Assembly (NCBI GenBank): GCA_039000165.1
Contig: JAWBTW010000020.1
Span: 1 to 11,223 of the forward strand
Length of the DNA stretch: 11,223 nt
Direction of reading: 5' to 3'
Source: Candidatus Aenigmatarchaeota archaeon
Lineage (GTDB): Archaea; Aenigmatarchaeota; Aenigmatarchaeia; CG10238-14; SCSR01
Part shown: piece by piece, positions 1 through 6,569 of the stretch
Position numbering within the stretch: the stretch's first letter is position 1
Layout: each line of letters begins with the position of its first letter
Program-made: the position numbers and the translations under genes
The notes under the pieces: generated by a model
Databases searched by the model: none
Seen by the model: the letters and a program-made list of their open reading frames with translations, nothing else
Told to the model about the DNA's origin: nothing

Positions 1-1
1 C

Positions 2-196
2 TTTCCAGTTCATGCTATTGAAATTCTAACAATTAAAAAAGTTTTTGGGAAGAATGCTGAAAAATATCTTCGCATAGCAAAATGGTGGGAAATTTCCCAA
101 AAAAGTTTAAGAGCAAAAAATTACAAAAAGTCATGGGAAATTGTCGAGAAAGAAGGGCCAGAAAACGTAATAAAAAGCATAATCAAATTAAGTTAA
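2..196 (+). CDS. C-terminal 64 aa of an unknown protein, 5'-truncated by the window edge
   Basis: Frame 2 is open from the window start: FPVHAIEILTIKKVFGKNAEKYLRIAKWWEISQKSLRAKNYKKSWEIVEKEGPENVIKSIIKLS, stop TAA at 194-196. It ends 6 nt before the convergent MFS stop and has the Lys/Glu-rich composition of neighbouring genes. Not in the ORF track; family not recognised. Confidence 0.75.
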   Translation, partial: FPVHAIEILTIKKVFGKNAEKYLRIAKWWEISQKSLRAKNYKKSWEIVEKEGPENVIKSIIKLS

Positions 197-202
197 TTGC
201 TT

Positions 203-1324
203 TCAACTCTTTCTAAAGTAATAAAGAAGCAAGAAAGAATAAACAAGGAAAATCAAGGCAGAGGAAATGAAGAGAAAAGGAAAACCGAGGAAAGAAATTA
301 GAAAACCTGAAAAGATTAGGCTTATGGTTCTTCCTGCATGAAAAGTTGTCATTAGCAATCCTATATCAGTACCGTAAGCAAAATTGTTTGTAGTAACTCT
401 TGAAAAAATTGCTTCTATTCCGCTTGTAATAATTCCGTTAGCTATGCCAAAAAGAATTAGAATTAAACCTGCCCAAAAATCTTTAAGGAAGCAAAGCAGC
501 AAAAGAAAAGCAGGGTAAAGAAATGCCCCGAATATTATCGTTTTTCTGAAGCTAAGCTTTTTGGATAAATAATGGAGAGAAATTCCGGTAATAAAAACTT
601 GAATTCCAAGAACAATTCCAATACTTTCTATTTCGTAGCTATTTTCTTTAAGGAAAAGAGGAAAAACATAATAAGCTGTTAGGCCAAGGGATAAACCAAG
701 AACAAAAAATATTACCAAAGCTTTCTTGAAAATTTCAGTTTTTTTGGTTAAATTCAAAACCTCAAAAATTTCTTTTACATTAAGTTTTCTCTTCTTCTCT
801 GGAATTTTTAGAGAAGTTGGAATCGAAAGAAAACTTACGAAAGCGCAGAAAATCAAAACATTAGAGTAAAAAAGAAAAACTATAAGAAAACCTGCTAGCA
901 AAGTGCCTAAGGCTTCTGAAATAAAGTCAAAAACCCTCATTTCTACCAAGCTTCTCCATTTTTCCTTGCTTTGCTCAAGTATAAAAGCCCTGTTAACAGC
1001 CCAGAGAGAAGCGCTGCTTGCTCCTTCTGCAATCTTTCCGAACAAAAATTCTAAGGGAGAAAAAGCAAAGTAGTAAATCAAGCTGTAAAAAACTCTTAGA
1101 ATCCCGTTTAAAAAGAAAAATATTTTTCTTCCTATAAAATCTGAAAGAATTGCAAAAGCAAACCTTGTTAGTTGGAAAATTATTGGCAAGGCTGAATAAA
1201 CTAAACCGATAGAAATTATGTCTATTCCCCTTTCAAGCATTAGCAAAGGCAAAAGAACAGTAAGGATTCCGCTAACAAAAGAGTCTACTCCTTGAATGAA
1301 AAAGGCTTTTTTGTTCTCGCTCAT
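203..1324 (-). CDS. MFS transporter (373 aa, about 12 hydrophobic segments)
   Basis: Very hydrophobic with a two-halves layout and a charged central loop (PEKKRKLNVKE). MFS motif A-like ILSDFIGRK after TM2, with a degenerate copy (LSKKLSFRK) in the second half. Start overlaps the upstream stop (ATGA, 1321-1324). Substrate unknown. Confidence 0.9.
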   Translation of the reverse strand: MSENKKAFFIQGVDSFVSGILTVLLPLLMLERGIDIISIGLVYSALPIIFQLTRFAFAILSDFIGRKIFFFLNGILRVFYSLIYYFAFSPLEFLFGKIAEGASSASLWAVNRAFILEQSKEKWRSLVEMRVFDFISEALGTLLAGFLIVFLFYSNVLIFCAFVSFLSIPTSLKIPEKKRKLNVKEIFEVLNLTKKTEIFKKALVIFFVLGLSLGLTAYYVFPLFLKENSYEIESIGIVLGIQVFITGISLHYLSKKLSFRKTIIFGAFLYPAFLLLLCFLKDFWAGLILILFGIANGIITSGIEAIFSRVTTNNFAYGTDIGLLMTTFHAGRTISLIFSGFLISFLGFPFLFISSALIFLVYSFLLLYYFRKS

Positions 1325-1773
1325 TCCTTGCCCTTTGGTCTTTTCATGCTTTCTATTCTTCTGTTTATCTGCTCGTAAACAGCTTCTGGGTTTTTTATTC
1401 CTTTCATTATTATATCATCTTTAACTCCTTTCACTATTATATTGCCATAATTAAAAATTCTTCCAACTATTCCTTTAACAACTCTAACGTCAGCAACGCT
1501 TTGGTAAGGAATTGAAATTCTTTTTTTAGTCAAGATTCCTTCCACTTTTATAACTTCCGCGTTTGTTATAAAATATTCTCTTATAGCTCTTTCTGCTTCT
1601 GGCTCAAAAATTAAAGCTAGAATGAGCAAAAAGAGAAAATAGTAAACTAAAAAACCAAAGGAAAAATTGAGGTAAGGGATTAGCAAGAAAGTTAAGATTA
1701 AAACTAGAATTACAAGAAAATAATTAAAAAGGAAGGAAATCCTGGAAGTTTTGTACTTGAGTTTTTCCTCCAT
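1321..1773 (-). CDS. Membrane protein with two N-terminal TM helices and a bacterial-type PH domain (bPH_2/YdbS-like)
   Basis: Two hydrophobic helices followed by YFITNAEVIKVEGILTKKRISIPYQSVADVRVVKGIVGRIFNYGNIIV..IKNPEAVYEQI, the typical bPH_2 pattern (YxITxxR/xxxxG, IpyxxIxdv, GRxxxYGxI, ixnP). Confidence 0.85.
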   Translation of the reverse strand: MEEKLKYKTSRISFLFNYFLVILVLILTFLLIPYLNFSFGFLVYYFLFLLILALIFEPEAERAIREYFITNAEVIKVEGILTKKRISIPYQSVADVRVVKGIVGRIFNYGNIIVKGVKDDIIMKGIKNPEAVYEQINRRIESMKRPKGKE

Positions 1774-1817
1774 ATTATTAATTTTAGTTCTTAATTTTAA
1801 AGAAAGTCTTTTCTAAA

Positions 1818-4712
1818 TCAAGAACAACAAGCATATATAGAATATTCAGCTCCTGTAGCGTCTGGAACTGAACCAAAAGGATTGGGGAAAGGATCAGCAT
1901 AATTGTGAGTGCGCCATTGACCAAAGCCTCCTCTTGGAATTGCTGTCAACATTCCACTAGTGTTAATCTTTATTGCTAAGAAATATTTTCCAGGTTGAAG
2001 CTGAGTGTCTGGAATGTCAAAAATGCACCACTCTCCAGCTTTACATTCTTGTTCACCACTTTGAATTATCAGATTGTTTGGGTTATGCTTAGTGAGATAC
2101 TGGTTTGGATTATAAATTGCGTCATAAATTGCAACCTTTGCTTTTCCTGCAGTGAACACATAAAGATAGATAGAGGAAACTGTTAATGTTTGGTTAACAT
2201 CGTAAGGTCCTGCTGTGTAGATATATGGGTTATAAGCTGTACCTTGATTCCCAGCCTCAGGATTTCCGAACAAGGGAGCAAAACCTATAAGAAATCTGTC
2301 AGTAGCTAAGTAAATCTTTTGCTCGCTTGAGTTGTAAAACCATTTATTACTTTTAACTTCTTCCAAAGAATAAACCTTTTCCAAAGCAGTTCCATTTTTT
2401 GTTACTTGCTTAGGATTTCTTCCCATGAATAAAACCTCAACAAACTGAGGGTTAAAGTTTGATTTGTTAGTATTTATTCCAAGAATTATTCTGTTTTCCT
2501 CCTTTACTAGGTAACTTATTGGTTCAGACAAATCGTAACTTAAATCCATGTTTTTAAGTTTAATGGAAAGTTGAGTTAAGTTAAACTCTATGTCATAAAT
2601 TCCCGAAGGAATGAAAAAATAGTAGTTTCCTTGAGAATCTGTTCGATTGAAAGAAATTAGGTTATCGGTTCCTTTTTCATAGATTTTGATTAAAGCTTCA
2701 ACTGGCCTATCGTTCTTGTCTTTTAATTTTCCAGAAAAAATTGACTTTGGCTTAACATGAACATACTTAAATTCTAGATGAGTTTTCCATGGTTCGTTTC
2801 CAAAATCAGCTTTTGCAGCAATCATAAACCTATTGTCAACGTTATAATTTCTCAAGTTAGATTTAACTGTAAAACTTATTTTTTTGGTTTCAGAAGGAGC
2901 TAAGTTAATAATAGCATTAGGAGCTGAGATAAATTGCCAGCCAGGAGTGTTGTTTAATAAATAAACATTAACTGGTAATGAATTAGAACCAAGGTTTGTT
3001 ACTGTTATATTCCCAGTAAAGGTATCTAGATAGTAAATTTCATCAGGAGTTTCTATGCTTAAATTAATAGGAATCCTTCCTGCTTTTACTCTTAAGTCAG
3101 AAGCTGCTGCTCCTCCTGCTATTGCGTATTCCACCCCTGAGTAAGGAGAAGTAAAACCACTTCGCCAAGTTACTCCCATTGCTCTCCAAATGTCGTGCCA
3201 AAAGATTCCAGGAATTGTACCATCTTTGTACATTTTTTCTCCACTATACATCATTCTATTATACATATCAACAGGTGCAGGGGGATTTCTATACCTTTGA
3301 TAACTACAATTTTGATAAGCATAATCTTGAACTATTTGACCAGGAACAACATTTGGAAGTTTCTCGAATGTTAATTCTTTTCCCCAAGGATCTATTACAG
3401 CATTTTCGTACCAACATCTTTTATTTTGTGAAATTCCTGAAGGTGAATAGTAGGTCATAGGAGCTATTATATCAATGCCAGCATCATTAAATACGAAAGG
3501 GTCATGACCATTACTTCTTCCCAAGTAAGAAGACCAAGTAAACATGAAAAAAGATCCTGAAAAATTTGATTCATCAACAATTCTTTTAAGACTTCTTGCA
3601 TAATTATAAGCCATCCATCTGTCCCATATTTCCTTAAGCGTGGAATTGTACTCACCACAACCAGAAGTTATTCTTTTACCAACCCACTTCATCTTTTCCT
3701 CTACTGAATAATTATCCCAATCAGAAGGAACATTTATATTCATTTTTCTTACAAACTCGTCATTCACAAGTCTTAAATCAACAGAACCTTCTGGTTCCCA
3801 GTCAAAACCTATTGTGCTAACTTTATCGTTAGTTTTAAGAATTTCTATTAGTTTTAAAGTACTTTCGATTGCTCTTTCGTCAGTCACACTAATTTCACCA
3901 GTAACATTTATTAATTGTCCATTACTACAATCGTACTTTAAACTCCAGTTGTATTCGATACCAAAATTTTGCTTAGCCAAATCAGCAGGAGCTACGTTAT
4001 AAGGCCAAAGCCAAGGAGCACAAGTAAAACCTGAATTGTTTGCTTCCTGACAGTATTCTCTAAAGTGCCAATAGGTTAGAGAACACCATGGGAATGACAT
4101 GTTTACTGGAGCGTAACGATTACAACCGCTCCAACCTGCTCTATATCCTACAGTAGGCCAGACAGAATCTGCGCCCATAAATTTAGCCCATCTATAAATG
4201 TTTAACCAACTTTTAGATTCGTTGTAAGGACCAGGAATTTGAAAAGAGGAATGAGTAGCAACATCTTCTACTTCTTCGGCCGTCATAGCTAAATAGCCAG
4301 GAGGTATAATTTCTTTTGGTTTTCTCATACTAATGTTAAAGATAGTTGAATTTGTGTAAATTGTTCCAGAAACATTGGCAGTAATGTTTAAAGTATATTC
4401 TCCCAACTCACGGTTCCAAGGAATTGGCCAATAGCCATACCAAAGGTTGTCTGAAGAATTGTAGTATAGATTTACGTTTTGTATGTTTCCTACTGTTGTT
4501 ACTAAACCTCCTGTTGAATTATAAATTCTTGCTATAAGGGCAGTAGAAGAATTTGTAATTGGGTTACCGTTTTGGGTTAGATTGACTTTAAAAGAAACTA
4601 TTTCATACCTCAAAAAAGAAGGTTTTTCTAGGATTATGGTAAAAGTAGAAGGTTGGGCACTAACAATCGGAAATATTAATAAAAAGAAAATGAGAATCAG
4701 AATTTTCTTCAT
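1818..4712 (-). CDS. Large secreted multidomain glycoprotein (964 aa), putative TIM-barrel glycoside hydrolase with Ig-like/beta-sandwich accessory domains
   Basis: Sec signal peptide MKKILILIFFLLIFPIVSA|QP. Beta-rich N-terminal domain (aa ~20-130). Trp/Tyr-rich alpha/beta core (aa ~135-545) with IGFDWE (D304/E306) and GIDIIAPMTY. CARDB/NEW3-like Ig domain (NITVTNLG..NLAPSETKKISFTV). Carboxypeptidase-regulatory-like domain (SGKLKDKNDRPV..TDSQGNYYF..PSGIYDI). C-terminal beta domains. More than 20 N-x-S/T sequons. The CDS itself is near certain; the function is inferred. Confidence 0.6.
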   Translation of the reverse strand: MKKILILIFFLLIFPIVSAQPSTFTIILEKPSFLRYEIVSFKVNLTQNGNPITNSSTALIARIYNSTGGLVTTVGNIQNVNLYYNSSDNLWYGYWPIPWNRELGEYTLNITANVSGTIYTNSTIFNISMRKPKEIIPPGYLAMTAEEVEDVATHSSFQIPGPYNESKSWLNIYRWAKFMGADSVWPTVGYRAGWSGCNRYAPVNMSFPWCSLTYWHFREYCQEANNSGFTCAPWLWPYNVAPADLAKQNFGIEYNWSLKYDCSNGQLINVTGEISVTDERAIESTLKLIEILKTNDKVSTIGFDWEPEGSVDLRLVNDEFVRKMNINVPSDWDNYSVEEKMKWVGKRITSGCGEYNSTLKEIWDRWMAYNYARSLKRIVDESNFSGSFFMFTWSSYLGRSNGHDPFVFNDAGIDIIAPMTYYSPSGISQNKRCWYENAVIDPWGKELTFEKLPNVVPGQIVQDYAYQNCSYQRYRNPPAPVDMYNRMMYSGEKMYKDGTIPGIFWHDIWRAMGVTWRSGFTSPYSGVEYAIAGGAAASDLRVKAGRIPINLSIETPDEIYYLDTFTGNITVTNLGSNSLPVNVYLLNNTPGWQFISAPNAIINLAPSETKKISFTVKSNLRNYNVDNRFMIAAKADFGNEPWKTHLEFKYVHVKPKSIFSGKLKDKNDRPVEALIKIYEKGTDNLISFNRTDSQGNYYFFIPSGIYDIEFNLTQLSIKLKNMDLSYDLSEPISYLVKEENRIILGINTNKSNFNPQFVEVLFMGRNPKQVTKNGTALEKVYSLEEVKSNKWFYNSSEQKIYLATDRFLIGFAPLFGNPEAGNQGTAYNPYIYTAGPYDVNQTLTVSSIYLYVFTAGKAKVAIYDAIYNPNQYLTKHNPNNLIIQSGEQECKAGEWCIFDIPDTQLQPGKYFLAIKINTSGMLTAIPRGGFGQWRTHNYADPFPNPFGSVPDATGAEYSIYACCS

Positions 4713-4732
4713 AATTTAAATTTGAGTTTTTA

Positions 4733-5291
4733 TTAGCTTAACTTTTTCATCATCCAAATGTCGTCAACATACTTTCCTTTGTAAATAAAGATTTTTGGGA
4801 TTCTTGCTACTTGCTTAAAACCAAATTTTTTGTAAAGTTTTATAGCAACTTTATTGTTAGCCATAACCCCAAGTAAAAGGTATTTGAACCCCTAGCCTTT
4901 TCCCAAAATTTATCAGAAGGGAAAGCAACCTTTTTCCTATTCCTAAATTTCTGTAAGTTTTAAGGACTGCTAACCTTATTTCACCAACATGCGGGCTCCT
5001 TTCCCCATTCCCTACTTCAACGCTTCCATGAGCTACAATTTTGTTTTTGTACAAGCCTACAAGCCAGATTCCTTTTCCTTTTTTCATCAAGCTTAAAACG
5101 TTCTTTAAGTATTCTTTTTCTTCTTTTATAGTCTTTCTCTTTGCTATTAGAATAAAAGTATCTTCTTTCACTAAAGCGTTAATGAAGTTAAGCAATTGAA
5201 ATAAATCAGAATTTTTTGGAGTGCGAAAAATTATTTTTTTGCCGTCTTTTGCTTTGAATTCTTCTATTAATTGACCTGGCTTGATTTTCAT
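4733..5291 (-). pseudogene. GNAT-family N-acetyltransferase (RimJ/RimL/YhhY-like), 185 aa when repaired, interrupted by a +1 frameshift at a G4 run (4889-4892)
   Basis: ORF 4857..5291 carries acetyl-CoA motif A (VLKTYRNLGIGKRL) but ends in an atypical VQIPFTWGYG. Removing one G from CTA GGG G TTC continues as FKYLLLGVMANNKVAIKLYKKFGFKQVARIPKIFIYKGKYVDDIWMMKKLS, stop at 4733-4735, which supplies motif B (NxxAxxLYxKxGF) and the usual G.Y.D..M tail. This could be a real lesion or a sequencing error. Confidence 0.85.
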
Positions 5292-5324
5292 ATAATTAAT
5301 TTAAACAACAAAATAATTTATATG
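5289..5324. promoter_or_regulatory. Compact divergent promoter region between the GNAT and HPF-like genes
   Basis: Only 30 nt separate the two start codons (5291 on -, 5322 on +). TATA-like TATAATTA (5291-5298, +) and TATAAATT (5322-5315, -) each lie 24-31 nt upstream of the ATG they face, consistent with leaderless archaeal transcripts. Confidence 0.5.
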
Positions 5325-5666
5325 GCAACAGTTGAAATTTCTCACGCTATCCTGCCAGAAAAGCTTGAGATTCAGGAAGAAGTTAAAAAGTTTTTGGAAA
5401 AATTTGAAGAAAGATGGAAAATCTCTAGCTTCAAGCTTGATGTTAGAACTTACAGCCCAGGAGGAAGAAAGAAGTATTCATTTCATGCAAAAGTTGTTGC
5501 TAGCGACAAAATTTTTATAGCAAAGGCAAGCTCCTGGGATATCCCTTCAACATTAAGCATTCTTTTAAAAAAGTTGGAAAGGGAAATAGGAAAAAAATTG
5601 AAGAAAGAAAGGCTGAAGAAAATTTCCACTGCAAGGAAAATTTTGATGAAATCCCTAGAGGCTTAA
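5322..5666 (+). CDS. Stand-alone HPF/RaiA-fold (ribosome hibernation factor-like) protein, 114 aa
   Basis: Start reassigned from TTG 5271, which overlaps the GNAT start, to ATG 5322. MATVEISHA..EIQEEVKKFLEKFEE..SFKLDVRTY..GRKKYSFHAKV..IFIAKASSWDIPSTLSILLKKLEREIGKKLKKE follows the beta-alpha-beta-beta-beta-alpha HPF order. The A.a.xxD....l..KLE.+i.K pattern parallels HPF (A.a...DmyaAid...dKLerQl.k). Confidence 0.7.
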   Translation: MATVEISHAILPEKLEIQEEVKKFLEKFEERWKISSFKLDVRTYSPGGRKKYSFHAKVVASDKIFIAKASSWDIPSTLSILLKKLEREIGKKLKKERLKKISTARKILMKSLEA

Positions 5667-6395
5667 TTCCTTAATTCTTCCGAAGTTTAAAGCTCCTGTC
5701 TCTTTATCTAAAGCTATAGCTGAAAGGTTTTCAAAATCAACATCTTCTCTTAAAATTGGTGAAAGCAATTCCTCTTTTGAAATTGCGTTTATTTCAACCC
5801 CAGAAGCTAAGGGAGAAAAAGCAGGCAAGCAAATGAAATTTTTTCCCTTTTTTGTTTTTCCATAAAGCAAGCAAGGAACTTTTATTCTATCAAAACCTTT
5901 CCTCAAAATTAAAGCAGGCTGCTCATGACCAATAATCAAAACTTCCATTTCTTTAGGAAAATCTATTTTTTTATGCCCATGAGCAAACAAAATTCCTTGG
6001 GAAAAGTAAAAAGGTTGAAAAACTTTTAGCTCAAGCTTGCTCGCTATGGTAAGCAAATAGTTGTCATGATTTCCTCTTACCAAAACTATTTCCTCAACTT
6101 TTTTTCTCAAGAAATTTACCAAATCCTTTACTTCCCTCCATTCTTGTTGTGAAGCTTCTCCAAACTCATGCTTTAGATCGCCATTTATTATTACCTTTTT
6201 AGCTTTTGTTTCTCTTAGAATTTCTTTCAAATCAGCTTTCATTTCTTTTAGCTGGAATTGAGGAACAAAGATTCCCTGCTCAGCCAAATAAAGCTCTTCT
6301 CCTAGTTGTAAATCAGAAATAGCTATAGCTTTAAGCTTTTCTATATAAATTGCTCTAAACCCATTTACAGTGAAAATTCCTTCAAAAATTTCCAT
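5655..6395 (-). CDS. Calcineurin-like metallophosphoesterase (Lhr-associated MPE, COG1407-type) with variant metal site
   Basis: Motifs ISDLQLG, INGDLKHEF, VRGNHD, FAHGH, IGHEQP and LPAFSPL, plus co-location with lhr, a known pairing. The 3' end overlaps the convergent HPF-like gene by 12 nt. Confidence 0.9.
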   Translation of the reverse strand: MEIFEGIFTVNGFRAIYIEKLKAIAISDLQLGEELYLAEQGIFVPQFQLKEMKADLKEILRETKAKKVIINGDLKHEFGEASQQEWREVKDLVNFLRKKVEEIVLVRGNHDNYLLTIASKLELKVFQPFYFSQGILFAHGHKKIDFPKEMEVLIIGHEQPALILRKGFDRIKVPCLLYGKTKKGKNFICLPAFSPLASGVEINAISKEELLSPILREDVDFENLSAIALDKETGALNFGRIKELSL

Positions 6396-6396
6396 C

Positions 6397-6564
6397 TTAT
6401 CTTTCCTCTAAATAAATCACAGCATCTTTATGAATGTACTTAATTTTTCCTTTAGTTTCTAGAGCTATCCACTTATCAACTTCTTTCAAAATTCCTTCTA
6501 GAGGAATTGTTGTGTCACCCATCGCTATTATTATTCTGACTTTTTTGCCAATTAGCTCTTTCAT
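6397..6564 (-). CDS. Small Sm/Lsm/Hfq-fold-like protein (55 aa), missing from the ORF track
   Basis: MKELIGKKVRIIIAMGDTTIPLEGILKEVDKWIALETKGKIKYIHKDAVIYLEER, ATG at 6564, TAA at 6399-6397. It fills the lhr-MPE gap, starting 5 nt after the lhr stop and ending 1 nt before the MPE ATG. An in-frame GTG at 6573 overlaps the lhr stop. Sm1-like LIGKKVRI...G.L..VD and Sm2/Hfq-like YIHKDAVIYLE. The CDS is more certain than the fold. Confidence 0.8.
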   Translation of the reverse strand: MKELIGKKVRIIIAMGDTTIPLEGILKEVDKWIALETKGKIKYIHKDAVIYLEER

Positions 6565-6569
6565 TCCAC

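Noticed and set aside
1818..1832. C-terminal ACCS resembling a eukaryotic prenylation motif
   Set aside because: The protein is secreted and prokaryotic; disulfides with nearby Cys (ECKAGEWC) or chance are more likely.
1995..4002. Short ORFs 1995..2186 (+), 3179..3460 (+), 3467..3658 (-) and 3814..4002 (+)
   Set aside because: All lie wholly inside the 964-aa CDS, antisense or off-frame, with no motifs; shadow ORFs.
4896..4910. TTTTGGGAAAA just upstream of the GNAT break as a -1 slippery site
   Set aside because: The required shift is +1, and the +1 frame has a TAG between this site and the downstream coding part.
5271..5321. 17-aa N-terminal extension of the HPF-like ORF from TTG 5271
   Set aside because: It overlaps the divergent GNAT start and covers the AT-rich promoter; ATG 5322 is the better start.
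5332..5520. 62-aa + ORF in an alternative frame
   Set aside because: Nested in the HPF-like gene, which has the recognisable fold pattern.
6396..6569. Non-coding RNA or regulatory element in the lhr-MPE gap
   Set aside because: The gap is fully explained by the 55-aa ORF; no GC-rich structured segment is present.
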